Source: Albugo candida
Taxonomy: Eukaryota
Reading direction: 5' to 3'
NCBI GenBank assembly: GCA_040437565.1
Contig: JBDOQK010000080.1
Span: 1 to 64,000 of the forward strand
Length of the DNA: 64,000 nucleotides
Shown here: positions 39,601 through 52,599 of the stretch, piece by piece
How the letters are laid out: each line of letters opens with the position of its first letter
Numbering within the stretch: the stretch's first letter is position 1
The notes under the pieces: model-generated
Databases searched by the model: none
What the model was told of the DNA's origin: nothing
What the model saw: the letters and a program-made list of their open reading frames with translations, nothing else
Translations under genes and position numbers: made by a program

Positions 39601-42600
39601 TGCATACTGGATGAAATGCAGAGTCAGTCAGTCGACCACGAGCACTTCTAAAGCCAAATCATTCTCGAACAAATGTAAGATTTTTATGGCAAGAAAGAAA
39701 TCATTTCTTTGAAAAAAGCCGTCCTGAAATCGTCGTAACTTTCACTTCACCAAGAGAAACTGTATTGCGTTGCTGGAATTTGTGCTTTCTACATTTTTAC
39801 CGGCTCAGCCTGCCTTCTGTACTCTGAAAAGCTTTTCTATTTCGGATTGCTTTCACACGTAAGTATATCAGCGGTTTGCAGACGTCCACGCGTATTGAGT
39901 TTATATAGTCGTCCCCAACCGCATCTTCTGGCAGAGAATTCCTGAAAGGGAGCTTTCTCAATCTTCTACACGATCTCATGTATGAAGATACAATCAAGTT
40001 GCACAAAGTAAGGCAATCGAAGGATGCTTTCGGTTGGATTCTGAAGTGCGTCAAAGTTGAAAAATATTGAGCAGTGAAAACAACAATTATGAGAAGAATA
40101 GGATGACAAGGGATACGCGCAATGCATCCCTACATTTTCAGCAAGTCTTTTTGACCAAATGGAAAGATCCCGAACAAAAAGTAGAAATTGAAGCTAGGCT
40201 AGTTGCAGTCCAATATCGAAAAAACTATATTATAAACAATAGCATAATGATTCATAAACTTGCGAGTATGACTCTGATTCAAGCTTACTTGCGGAGTATA
40301 TGATATCTCGGTATGATGATGGCAAAGCATCTTACAAAGTATTTGAAAGAAGATTTTGTCTCACCCCATGAAGAGAACGGAAAGCAAAATCACTTCTGCA
40401 GGCATAATCGTCCATTGCGAGCAGATCAGACGAATCAATGCATATGAGAAGTGCTATTTATTACATTTATGCACATGGAACACTCGTATCATGTTGATAC
40501 TAATGTACGAAATATGGCAAACAAACATGACCGAGAGATGCATCTTCTCATTCGCACATCTATCTTGCGAGACTTTTTTCGACGAAAAGAGCAATTACGA
40601 CCGAAGTGTTCTTGCGTCTAGGCCTATCCCCGCCCTGGTAAGCTTGTTGTCATGATCACTTTACAGAGAGATCTGAATCTCTCAATAAGTATGCTTACGA
40701 TGTTTTCTGTACCAGCGGATACAATTAGAAAAGTATTTTTGGATGAAATAAAAAATCAAAGGTTTCAGACGAAAACTTCTATTCTAAAGACTGCCTGGTA
40801 GGAACTCAATTTTGTGCTTCCGTACTTATAATACATCATAGAGACAAGCAACCCTTCCGAATTAATAGATAAACGTATCTATGTTTTTTGCTGCGCTAGA
40901 TACCTCCTAGCGACTTGCCACATTTTAAAGGAATTGGAATTGCACTGCTCGACTTGCTCGTTACTTTTTTCTTTATTTGACGTAGTTGCTCAGGACTGTA
41001 TTTCAGCGCAAATGCGACAGGCAGGGAAGCTTAATGTTTGCTGTATAGGTCCCAATCCAACTTTCATTGACTCACGAGGGGATATCTTGAATTAATTGGC
41101 ACAAGGTGAATCTTGCTCACTTTCGAAATGCCTAAAGCTTTTACATTTGCATAAATCAAACATACATATTCGACGACCTAGCTTAGAGATGTGTGTTTGC
41201 ATCAGAAAACGACTCCATCTACTGCAAATTGCTTGGAGGAGGTTAAAGAAATTTTTAGGTCGAGATAGCGTAACCTTGGTTTCCTATGTTCAAGCGTCTT
41301 CTACCACCCCCAAAAATTCACAGATTGGTTCTGGTTCGGAGAGATCTGATACTCAATCAAATTCGTCCCCGCTTTCAGTTACTGTTTCCTAAAATCAGAA
41401 AATTCACAAGCAAACAAAGGTTCCCTTCTAGGTGAGGTAGGCTCGAGTTTGACCACTTTTTATCCTCCTATTCCAATGCGTGGGCTACCATATTACAGTT
41501 GACACACATTGAGACGGTATATTTCCGGCAACTTTGCGGCTAGATTGCCGGGTGTGAAGCATATTTACATGTAAGACGGGACTTTATGGATTTGTACACA
41601 CAACAATGTGGAGCTTTCTTTCTTGTTTCAAAAAGGATTGAGCTATAGACTTGATCTTATGCATTACTTTATGGTTACGGGTCAGAATTGAACAACTTGT
41701 TTGAGATCTGTTCTTTTAAAGCTGTGGGAAGCACCGCCTATAGACATCTTGAAGATCCACTCGTCGCTCGGTGAGAGAGAGAGAAGCTGGAAAGTCTTCT
41801 GCTCTCTTTGATGTACTTCCCGATCTTAAAACCATAACATCTTGTGCCAGTTTATTTAATTGTTTCCATGTATTCCANNNNNNNNNNNNNNNNNNNNNNN
41901 NNNNNNNNNNNNNNNNNNNNNNNNNNNNNNNNNNNNNNNNNNNNNNNNNNNNNNNNNNNNNNNNNNNNNNNNNNNNNAGAGAATTACAGGGGGCTTGCAT
42001 AATATGATATCATGGACTGAATAGAATATAAAGATGTGCTAGACTGCGATCGAAATTCAGTTTCCCATCAGGCGATACCACATGGTCTTCTTTATTACTC
42101 CTGGCTTGTTTCGATAGTAGTGTGTCGTAGCGTCCATAACTCAATTTGAATAGAGGCTTGATCACCAGGCACCTCTCGGTTTTGCCACCAATAACGATGC
42201 GTCCCTTGTGCAAGAGGGTTTTCCTGTTATAGTAAGCAACACTTCACATCTCTTATCCTATTAAGGCACCCTTTCTTCCCTGTTGCCCCGAAGAGAACAG
42301 TTTTCTTCTTCTCTTGCTTCCTTATTATGAAAAAAAACATTGGGTAGATTTGAACGTGATATTTTGTGTCATCTTGCACACCGTTGGCATAGCGATTTTC
42401 ACATATTTTTGTTCCCCTATATTGACAGCTTAAGATGACGTACACGAGAGGGGTATCCTAAGTGATTCCTAAGTATTTCGTATATCTCAAATGCAACTTT
42501 AGCATGCAGGACAAATCGATTTGAACTCACTCTTGACAGGTTATAATGATTCAACAATCGATTAGACCTGTGCTGATTCGACACGTGGTGTGGGCTCATG

Positions 42601-42660
42601 TTTAGTAGTTACTTATGAGGACTGCTACAGCAATTCCGATGTTCATGTAGTAAGATGAAT
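35550..42660 (+). repeat. Tandem array unit, paralog of 50740-58506 (and partly of 25140-27030)
   Basis: Colinear similarity across B 5' end, intergenic spacer, A gene and downstream region. Period is about 9.6 kb once the copia insertion is removed. Confidence 0.88.
37361..38939 (+). pseudogene. Family A CCG-like secreted effector paralog, disrupted
   Basis: MWGHIVLPLLVGYHKLFQASA leader, CRRCLQHLIP motif and IRLFGVDL. Frameshift at ~37650-37680, in-frame TAA at 38053-38055 (CL*CL vs CLQCL), internal gap, and an open C-terminal part ending GGKRRFEGN. Confidence 0.85.
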
Positions 42661-44437
42661 CAAATTGCTGTTTTCATGTCAGGATGGTTCGAATACGCAT
42701 TTCCTTCTTGACATGTTACGGAGGGTATGTACCCGCTAGCTTAGATGAATGTTAAAGAATGCTTTACAATTGACAGCAACGACTTCTAGCCAGACCTATT
42801 TGACACATGTTGTGGCGTCCTTGAAATAAAACCTCTACACAGCTCTGCTTGCAAAGAGGCTGGAGCTAAAGCAAATTTTTTGAACGTTGAATGAAGTCAG
42901 TATGTTTTCTGGGAACACTCGGTAGACGCTGATTATATTTGTGACATTGAAGAATACTTCATTTATTAGAGTAATGCGTGCCGCCTTTCTATTCATGGAT
43001 AAGCACGACTATGCAAGTACTTTGGTTTGGAACTGATGAGTAAATTATACAATCTATGTGCAATACACTTTCACTTATTACCTTTTTTGAGCACCAACAT
43101 CTCGAGGAACATCTCTGCGTCAACTTCGTCAAATCAACATCTTCATCGCTGGCAATAGGTAAATATGAGACTTCCGTCATGCTCAAAAGATCAAGGAAGA
43201 TAGTACAATCTTGAAGTTGTACTCTTTTCACTACATCGAAGCATTTTATTTCTGAGAAAAATTGATGCAACATATAATCGCCTTTTTTTGCATAAAACCC
43301 TTTGATTGGAAACAAAGTCGATACTCAAATACTTTCTCGATATAGGATACATACAGAGCTCGATTGATAGATTCTCATATTGCAGAGAAGCTAGTAGAAT
43401 AGGCTATCATCCAAACATTGGATCGAAAAACGATATCTTCATTCCCCATTGGGATCCACATTGTAAGCAGTTGATAGATGTTGCTCCTTGCGTAAAATGG
43501 TTTTCATTGGGGGTAACGTATACGGAAAGAAAGCGGGCTCCAAGGCTCTTGCTGCCAAAACATGAAGCTTCTTGAATCAATTCATCGTAGTATTTTGACG
43601 TCAGAGCATCTCGACGAGATTTCATCAACCCGTAACAAAATGGTTAATGAAGCGTGGAAGACTCGATCCGATCGCTGGGTTTCAGCGTCAATGGGTTGCA
43701 CATACGCAGAATACTGGGCTCTCATAACGTCAAAGCGCTAGTGATTTTTTTCTTCACCTTTTTCATTGGCTTTAATATCTATTCCATAAAATCCCACTGA
43801 AAACATCAACTTCCCTTCATTTAAATGTCACGAGCTGCATATCCTTTTTAAGGCATAAGCCTATCCACTATCATGCGAAGCATCAGCTGAACGTATCCGC
43901 AATAACTTATTGGGAAGTCCGCCTGTTGCATCATGAAGATACCGTTTGTTGGAATGAAAGCGAGGCCGTTATCGCAAATCGAGATTTTCCGAGCTGTACA
44001 CAGTTGTATTGGATAAGCAGACTGCTCAATTCGTAATATACATAAAGCTTACTCGTACCGCTTGGCCGGATGAACAGCATGTTATTATTACTCAATTTCA
44101 TCTTTCATTCGTCTTGTCCTCACTCATTCATAGCAGCGAGAATTCATGGATAAATTCTTTACTAGTCCACAGCTCCCAGCCTCTTCCTTTTTTAAAACAA
44201 GTAGAATCTAGGCCATTGGTTTACTCTTTAAATACTTGTAGTAGCAGTAGGTTTCGATAACGGGAAGCAATATAATGTTTCTGTGCTTTTGCTGACAAAG
44301 TTATTGGAAGCAGTAGTTTCTGGAAACGGGAACCAATACAATGTTTATATGCTTTTGCTGACAAGGGTATTGGTGGAAAAGGCTTTCTCATAATTTGGAA
44401 CAGCATCACAGTCTTCCTCGCTTATACGTACTTGCTA

Positions 44438-44627
44438 TGTCGTAAGTACCGCACGGAATGGGAAGTTGCTTCACTGAAAGGTGGAAAAATAGAAATAAGT
44501 ATATCATTCATGAATGTTAGTTTCTCTTTCTACGGCATTCCTTAATTACGAAACCACTATTTAGATCATCGGATCGTTTTACCATAACGTGCGACGGATG
44601 GCAATGTGGAGTCGTTATTTTTCAGCA
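44438..44627 (-). repeat. Copia 3' LTR (190 bp), with degenerate PPT at 44628-44638
   Basis: Similar to 49800-50025; the adjacent minus-strand sequence TGAGGAACAAG is purine-rich. Confidence 0.9.
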
Positions 44628-47600
44628 CTTGTTCCTCACGGCGCCGTGGGTTTGTTACCTAAACACGTCCTGATACTTGCTACTTGCGCGCATCAGCGAA
44701 GATAGTCTTATCAATTGCTGTAGTCGAACAGCGCTAAATGCCTTCGTAAGCATGTCAGCTACCATCTCTTCTGTGTGCACATAAGATGGCTTTACAATGC
44801 CCCGTTTAGCACAATCTTTGATGAACTGGAGTTTAATGTCGATATGCTTGGCTCGCGTCAAACTTTCTTCCTTTTGCATCTGTCGGATAGCTGCTTGAAT
44901 TTCTATCTCCAACTGCTGAGGTAATTCCACTTTTATCTCCAGTTCAACAATTAGCTCGCGCAATCCCAGGAGCTGTTGAACGGCATGTGGAGCCAACGTG
45001 AACTCCGCTTCCATAGTCGATAGCGATACTGATGCTTGTTTCCGGCACATCCAGCCCACTATCATGTCACCCACACGAAAGATGGGTCCACTTAATGACT
45101 TGCGGCTAATCTTGTCTCCTGTAACGTCCGCATCTCTTGCGCTTGAAAGCTGCATCGTAGTGATTTGCTGAACCTGTTTCTTTCCAAGCTAAAACTTGAC
45201 GTTCTTGGTTCCTTTCAAATACCTGGCAATTCTTTTGCTTAATTGCCAGTCACTTACCGTACGAGCATGGGCTCGACGCGTGGCTCGGTGCACTGCATAT
45301 GCAATGTCGGGTCGTGTGCATCGAGCCAACCATAACAGTGATCCCACGATTGACTGAAAGTGTTTCAGTGATGCTGATCTGACTGGCCCATCCGCGAGCA
45401 GGATCGGGTCGGCTTCTCGCATGTCAGTATCATGATCGAGCCCTATGGGTGTCATCACGTGGTATGCATCTTGTAGGCCGAACTTTGACAGTAGCTCATC
45501 TATCATTTGTTCTTGGTCAATTTTATAACTAAATTCCGTAGAATGAATAAGACGCATCCCTACAAACTTTCCAGCAACGCCCAAGTTCTTGATCTGGAGC
45601 GTTACCAATGGTTTAAACACATATCCATCGAAATCTTCGATGTCCCGGTCACCAGCAAGTCGTCAACATATACTCCGACGACAGTCTTTCCATCGTGATC
45701 TCCTTTGTAGTAGAGGCATGAGTCTTTGACACATGAACGATTCCGACACGAAGTAGTTCTGAATGTAGAAGTTGCGCCCAGAGTCTTCCAGCTTGCTTTG
45801 ATCATCAAGGCTGCGCTGGAGTCGAAGCACCATTTGTTTTGTGCTGACCACCACAACGCTGTAGCTCCTACTCACGCAATTTCATTCCTTTTTGAACGTA
45901 TAGGTAAATTTCCAGATCCGTTTTAGTAGAGGCCTTGACATACGCATTAGGCACGTCCCCATGACGCGCCGGTACACCCCATATCTCGGATAGTGCAACG
46001 ATAAACTTCCCAGTCGTCACGTCCATAACGGCGGCGAATGTTGGTGCATGGTTTTTGCCAAAGGACTTTTCATTCCCTCACCCCACCATGCGTGCTTTGT
46101 AGCGCTCGACGTTTCTGCTAGCATCTGTTTTTGACTTGAACACCCACTTTGCGTGAAGAGGGCGCATTTCATCCGTGCGCAATACCATCTCCCAAGGTTC
46201 ATTGGCCTTTAGATAATCTATCTTCGACTCAGCAGCGCGTTCCCACTCCACAAACTAGTTCCTATTCATGCCTTCTCTCCAATTATTCGGATCCGCACGA
46301 TAAACAGCACGTATAATCTCGCGTGGCGGGATCTATCTTCCATTATATCTCGTCCTCATGTCATTGCTGGCTGATTGACTGAAGCTTTGTTCAGATTACT
46401 TCTTCTTCTGCAACGCTTGTCGCGCTTCTTGAAGTCTCTCGTTACCACTCGCAGCTTCTCCCGATGTGCAGCATCGCTGGTTGTTTCTGTCCGTATGTTA
46501 CATAGATCGTCCATCTCATATGCTGATTCGACGCTCATGTCAATGGGATCAGCGGTCTACTAGTTGTTAGCTTCTTCAGCCTTGTTTTCATTTATTTGAC
46601 GAACAAGTTGCGCGTTTGCATCCTCGCTGAGGGTCTTAATATTTCTGACATGTTACGTTGTTCGCACCACGCGATCCTTGGTAAACAGCATTTTGTACCC
46701 TTTTGTTTCGTCGCTCTTGCCAATATTAAGTCTTTTCTCTCCACGCCGATCGAGGGTCTTTTGTTTCGGGTTCCGAATTGCGGTGCACGGGGAGCCAAAA
46801 ATAACAATATCTATCAGATTTGGGCTGAGACCCGTCAGACCTTATATCGTCGAAGCATGATTCTCATCTCCTCGCGTCCGGTTGCGGTCGAGAATGTAGG
46901 GCGCATAATCTGCAGCGTCACCCCAAAACCAAATGGCAGCCTCGATCCAAAAATCATGGAGCGCAACATGTTCATTTCTGTTTGATGCAGACGCTCCGCC
47001 TTCCCGTTCGACGCTTGATTCCCCGCTGACGTCGCACTCCAGATTTTCACAAAACGGGCGACGACCCTGTACTCGCCTTTACCATCGGTGCGTAGGCAGT
47101 GCATCCTACAGTTTAAGTGCTTCTCAAAGTATACGAGAAAGTTCTCGAATGACTTGGTCGCCTTGTCCTTCGTTTTTGCCAGAAACACACGGCAGTAGTT
47201 GCTATTGTGATCCACGAAATTAATAAGGTACCTGTTTCCGCACCTGTCGATTGGAGTGATTGGACCCTTGATATCACTACAGATAACGCTACGTACTCGG
47301 TCGAAAAGAAAAGTTCATTGCAGTGTCTTTGGTCGACTCTTTATTGCACGTCTGATTTCCCTTCGCGCATGTTATTCACGCTGGCCTTTCTTTATTCGTC
47401 ATAATTATTGCCCCTCTTGGGGTCGTTCGCCATCCTCTCAATGGTGTCATAAGCCAGATGTGCAAATCGCAAGTGAAAATCCAGTAGACTTCCCGCTTGT
47501 GCATCGGGGATTGTTGAATTGACAGCTTCAGCGAGAGCTGCAAATATGCAGTCTTCCGCTTTCCTGGCACCAAGTCCAACTACATCCTCGGTCACAACAA

Positions 47601-49785
47601 CACGTACCAACAATACGTTATTGTTGTCCTTGTCAAGTCGAAGATCTTAAAACCGTCACTGCGAAGGTCATAACCTTTTTCTTCGATTCTTCCATACGAA
47701 AGTATATTCCACGAAAATTCTTCCGAGTAGTAGACGTCGCTAAGTTTGATGCGACGAAGATCATCATGGATGCGTACTACTAAATCGACGTTTTATTTGA
47801 GCTGCATTTTCAAACTCTCTCCATTTACAAGCAGGCATTCTTCATCACATTCTTTTGCATTATAAAGTTGTGATGGTGTCGTCACCAAGTGACGACTCGA
47901 TCCACTATTCAAAATTCATTGGCGTGCGGCGTCGACATAGTCTGCAACTGCCAGCGCAAAATCCTTCTTGACATCTTGCTTGCAGTCGCGTTAGTAATGA
48001 CCTTCTTTCCACACTTGAAAGCTAGCACTTGGTTTTCTCCTTTGGCGCTCTTCATTTTTTCCAAGTCGTCCAACATTAGTGCTTTTAACAGCGGCCACCG
48101 TCGGCTTACTTCCCAGTCATATGCTTGGATCATTTAGCTGTGCAAAACGGACCAGTTTCTCTGCATATCGTAAGTAATCTTCACGCTGAGGATTTAGTCG
48201 TTCCAATAGCACGCCCTGAAAGTCACTCGAAGAGCTGGCGAACTTGGCGACATTTTCGAGAACTTGGTCGTGAGTACCACCGACAGCACACTCAACGCCA
48301 TCAGGTATAGCATGTGATCATTGCACGATACAGTCTCCTTTTTCTTCGATGCGAAGAGCTTAAACGCTTGTGACTTCGAAATTGGCGGAACGATCTTGGT
48401 GCTCAGTCGGTCCATTGAGTACCAAAATTGGGTGTTCTACTCATACCAAATGTCCACCTGGATGTGAAAATGCTGTCCAGCTTTACCGGATAGATGTCGA
48501 CCTAGAATATCCAGCTTTATTTCTTCAGTCCACATGGACCCACTGAGGTCTTCAGCGATCTCGACCTGCTGCAAAAACCGTTTCCCCCAGAGTCCAAACA
48601 CTGACCCGAGGCCTGGTTACATCTCATTGCCNNNNNNNNNNNNNNNNNNNNNNNNNNNNNNNNNNNNNNNNNNNNNNNNNNNNNNNNNNNNNNNNNNNNN
48701 NNNNNNNNNNNNNNNNNNNNNNNNNNNNNNNAAGTCGTCCAACATTAGTGCTTTTAACAGCGGCCACCGTCGGCTTACTTCCCAGTCATATGCTTGGATC
48801 ATTTAGCTGTGCAAAACGGACCAGTTTCTCTGCATATCGTAAGTAATCTTCACGCTGAGGATTTAGTCGTTCCAATAGCACGCCCTGAAAGTCACTCGAA
48901 GAGCTGGCGAACTTGGCGACATTTTCGAGAACTTGGTCGTGAGTACCACCGACAGCACACTCAACGCCATCAGGTATAGCATGTGATCATTGCACGATAC
49001 AGTCTCCTTTTTCTTCGATGCGAAGAGCTTAAACGCTTGTGACTTCGAAATTGGCGGAACGATCTTGGTGCTCAGTCGGTCCATTGAGTACCAAAATTGG
49101 GTGTTCTACTCATACCAAATGTCCACCTGGATGTGAAAATGCTGTCCAGCTTTACCGGATAGATGTCGACCTAGAATATCCAGCTTTATTTCTTCAGTCC
49201 ACATGGACCCACTGAGGTCTTCAGCGATCTCGACCTGCTGCAAAAACCGTTTCCCCCAGAGTCCAAACACTGACCCGAGGCCTGGTTACATCTCATTGCC
49301 GTCGAAATTTTCGATGGAAAGCTTCATGTCATTTATCTGCAAGGGTCTTTGCGGTGCAAAGTACGACGGTGCTGGCACTGGTCTGTATGATGGACCCGTT
49401 GGTGGCTGCATGGGTGCTCCTTGTATGCGACCTTCCTTACGTAATCGCTGATGTCCCTGTCCTGCATGGTGATGTCGCGCTGGACTCCGTATCAACTCTT
49501 CTTCAAGCGAGGATATCGTCATATTTCGGACAAGTCCCGCACGCGTCTCCGCATAAGCGCGAAAAGTGCTGCTGCCGGCGGGCACGACCGAAGCTTGGTC
49601 ATCCTCAAATCTCCGAGCTTCAAGCCTGGTGAGGCGAGCTCCAATTTCACCTTTCAGTTCAGTGACCATATCCAGCAGCCTTGCCATGTTATTATCCACA
49701 CTTGAAACCGTACTGGCTCCATCGCTGTTGGTGTGAGTTGCACCTGGCCCTTGGGCTTGATCTCGAGCAACTTTTGCCATAGGCG

Positions 49786-49799
49786 TTGGGCTCATAACC
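49786..49799 (-). promoter_or_regulatory. Copia primer-binding site (half-tRNA-iMet type)
   Basis: GGTTATGAGCCCAA immediately after the 5' LTR, resembling the copia-type GGTTATGGGCCCAG PBS. Confidence 0.8.
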
Positions 49800-50025
49800 T
49801 GTCTTATATACCGCGCGGAATGGGAAGTTGCTTCACTGAAAGATGATAAAAATAGAAGTATATCATTCATGACTGTTAGTTTCTCTTTCTACGGCCTTCC
49901 TTAATCACGAAACCACCGCGTCAAGACAGTTCCAGCGGAAAATATACGAAACCACTATCTAGACCCTTAGATCGTTTCTACAAAACGTCCGGCGGATGGC
50001 AATGTGGAGTCGTTACTCTCCAACA
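49800..50025 (-). repeat. Copia 5' LTR (226 bp)
   Basis: Begins TGTTGG on the minus strand; 36 bp longer than the 3' LTR. Confidence 0.9.
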
Positions 50026-52581
50026 GCTAGGACGATCTTTGTTGAAAAACCAAACGAATGGCACTCGTCACATCAAGAGGGGGACCGTGACACTTGGAAC
50101 GACGATATGAACAACTGGTAGCCAAAGATGATTTCAATAGAGAGCAGAAAGAAATCTTTGATGTCGATCTCATCCATAATTGCAAGTGTGTGGAAGTTCG
50201 CGCTTTATCGGGTATGATGATAAGCCGGGCTTCTCGGAACAATCCTGATACAAAATAAAGACTATGAGAATTGCTATGGTATTCATTGTAACGCTTTTTG
50301 TTTCGCAATGTTTCGGGTGTTCATGCAATAGGTATTTTGCTTTGCAGCCGTCCTAGAATGTTTATAAACGCATTTACAAATTGCTTCACTCGCACATTTA
50401 AACGCGCTGCTCAAGATTATCACGTATATCGCATCTAGTGATTTAGTGCATGCATAAACATTATTCATCCTTGAGAAAACAGTAAGAATGTTGCCTACAG
50501 TGTGAATTGAAAGATGCTCTCATTCTTCCAAAAACCGAAAATTTAAGATCTCAATCTGCGGGCCTTTAATTTAGCTTGATTTTCGATTTTCTCTCTATGA
50601 TCCCTTCCATTCCCACCAAGCTCCAGAATCGAGGGATAACGAAAAGGAAATCAAGTTTTAATTGCATAAATCTACCACCACAAAGCATCAATGTTTTTCC
50701 CTGTATGTAGATCATCTGGACTTCGATTATTACACACGTGCGACAGAATCAGCGATAATAATTTCATCCAATCACGTCTTTCCAACATCAAAAAGTTTTG
50801 ATTGAAATGCGAAACAGCATTTGTCGTGCTTCTTGCTTGGTTTAAGCTTTTCGAAACAACCTGTATTGGATCTGGAAAGCTGATGTGCTGTAAGGGGTCA
50901 ACCCGCTCCTTGTAAATACTGGTTTGTTCTGTTTGCTCCAGTAAGTTTAGCTAGCTAGCTGAAGCTTTGTTCTTATAGCATTAATATTTAATTTTCCTGC
51001 TTCGACTTCCTTAGCTGGACTTGAAGTCCTGAACCGAGGCAGGCCCATTTATCTCCTGAATCGAATCGCTTCTCTGTCATGTATTCTTTACATTGTAATT
51101 GCAATTTTATATTCACAAAGTGTGATGCCGGTTCCGTAGATATGTCAAATAACCTAATTATATTGTCGACCTAAAGGATTTTTGAGCAGCTTGACATGGA
51201 TATTGACATTGACATTGACATATACTCTACTTCGGCTGGGGTGGTCACTACCTTTCTCTGAGTCGAGATTTTTTGGAGACCGAAGTACCATTCACCGAAG
51301 CCGTTATTGGGGATGTTGGCCAACGATGATTCTGATTACTTCCTTTGAAAATTGGGCATGCATGATTTTTCGACTTTATTCCGTTGAACACCAACCAAAA
51401 CTCGAGCTGGTCACCAGATGTTATATAAATAGTATGCGGGACTCGAGGGTTTTGAAATCGACTGGTTCACATACCGTTCAGGCTACACAAGACCCATTAA
51501 TTGATGTTGCTCACCATGTCATAGTCATAGCCTTGATTAAATTCTGAATTTGAATCGCTGAATGCATTTGAGCTTGATTGAGATATCTTGATCGCTCTCC
51601 TTGGCCGTCCTTCCGAAGTAATCATATGTGTCACATTGATCGATTTATTCTGGATAGTGACGAAGCTTCATGCCTCAAAAAGGTTCGCCACGCACATATT
51701 CGCCGTATAAAATATATCCGAGATTGTGTGATAGCACTTGTGTCGGTTTCCAACCATTATTTTGTCAAATCAAAGATAGCCTACACGAAGCTTGGCTATA
51801 TTCATCAAGAAGTGGGCGTGGCCAAATAAATTTGGTACAAGAGACAACCACAGAACGCTGAACATGTGGAATCGAATAGGTACAGGAGATAAGCTGCAAC
51901 AGAACGGAGGGAATTGCACATCCTCACTTGCAAAATAGATTACATATATAAATGTGCTTGCGCAAAATGGGTATGTCTTCGGCTAACGAAATGAAATCAG
52001 AGGATTACTGGTGAGGTTGTATCTGAACCATGGAGTCATTACCGAATGCTCTGCATCATTCTAACGATCTACAAACAGGATACATTCGAGCGCATACATT
52101 TTAAACACTATGAACACTACATATGTACACTACATGGGCTAAAAAACTCTATGACTGGGGATAATTTGTATTGATACGCAACATATTGTATTTGAGTCAT
52201 GTCGGCTGCTTAAGTATGCTACACAGCATTCTGGAGAACACATGAAAGTTCGTTTAGAGTGTTGGTATACGGTGGGAATACTTTAATTTCATATTCATCT
52301 TGCAAAAAAAACAGCTTTGTGCTTACAGTGATGCAGATTCGGTCTCTGTGAATGGAGACACGATGAACCACGTCAGGCACGATGGTGACGCTGCACGCAT
52401 CATAGTTCAACAAAGATACGCTATCACTGGTCTAAAAGCTGTAGTGTTTAAAGTTGCTCAATTTGTATGCGAAAAAGCCAAACGGGCAACGGTATACGTC
52501 TCGTTAGTACAACGATAGGAATCTGATGGACCGTATCGCCTCGTGTGAGTGTATACCAGATAATTGTAAGCCCATAGCGAG

Positions 52582-52596
52582 GTCATTATACATTTG
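52582..52596 (+). promoter_or_regulatory. Oomycete INR+FPR-like core promoter motif
   Basis: GTCATTATACATTTG just upstream of ATG 52600; related GTCAATTTGCATTA before ATG 37361. Confidence 0.45.
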
Positions 52597-52599
52597 ACT

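Larger units (their letters stand above)
44438..50025 (-). mobile_element. Full-length degenerate Ty1/copia LTR retrotransposon
   Basis: LTRs 44438-44627 and 49800-50025 (TG...CA). Domain order on minus strand: gag, protease (ILNSGSSRHLV ~47900), integrase (FHLRFAHL; LRTDGKGEY; NGKAER), RT (YVDDLL; RCTRPDIAYAV), RNase H (SLSTMEAEF; RAKHIDIK; ADMLTK). GCTA duplicated at both ends; empty site in the paralog at ~23808. Confidence 0.95.
39700..51927 (-). pseudogene. Family B copy 5, interrupted by the copia element
   Basis: Start codon reads GTG at 51927 (VRMCNSLRSVAAYLLYLF), followed by degenerate 'SCRLSLI*QNNG'. Minus-strand fragments 44221-44409, 43407-43628 (INCLQC), 42989-43315, 42227-42445, 42010-42213 and 39797-40054. 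Continuity to 39700 is inferred. Confidence 0.5.

Noticed and set aside
41525-41551. Hairpin CCGGCAA-N13-TTGCCGG, also at ~57104
   Set aside because: Only a 7-bp stem; conservation is explained by the segmental duplication.
48063-49300. Apparent tandem duplication within copia gag
   Set aside because: Identical copies flank a gap; assembly artefact.
50264-50360. Plus-strand signal-peptide-like start MRIAMVFIVTLFVSQCFG (similar at ~4538, ~20655, ~34474)
   Set aside because: Stops or frameshifts follow quickly in every copy, and nearby peptide conservation is better on the minus strand (family B). Probably an antisense shadow, though not fully excluded.
51182-51547. 121-aa ORF with LTLTLT (EAR- or signal-like)
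   Set aside because: Arises from a (GACATT)n microsatellite antisense to the B relic; starts at TTG and is not open in paralogs.
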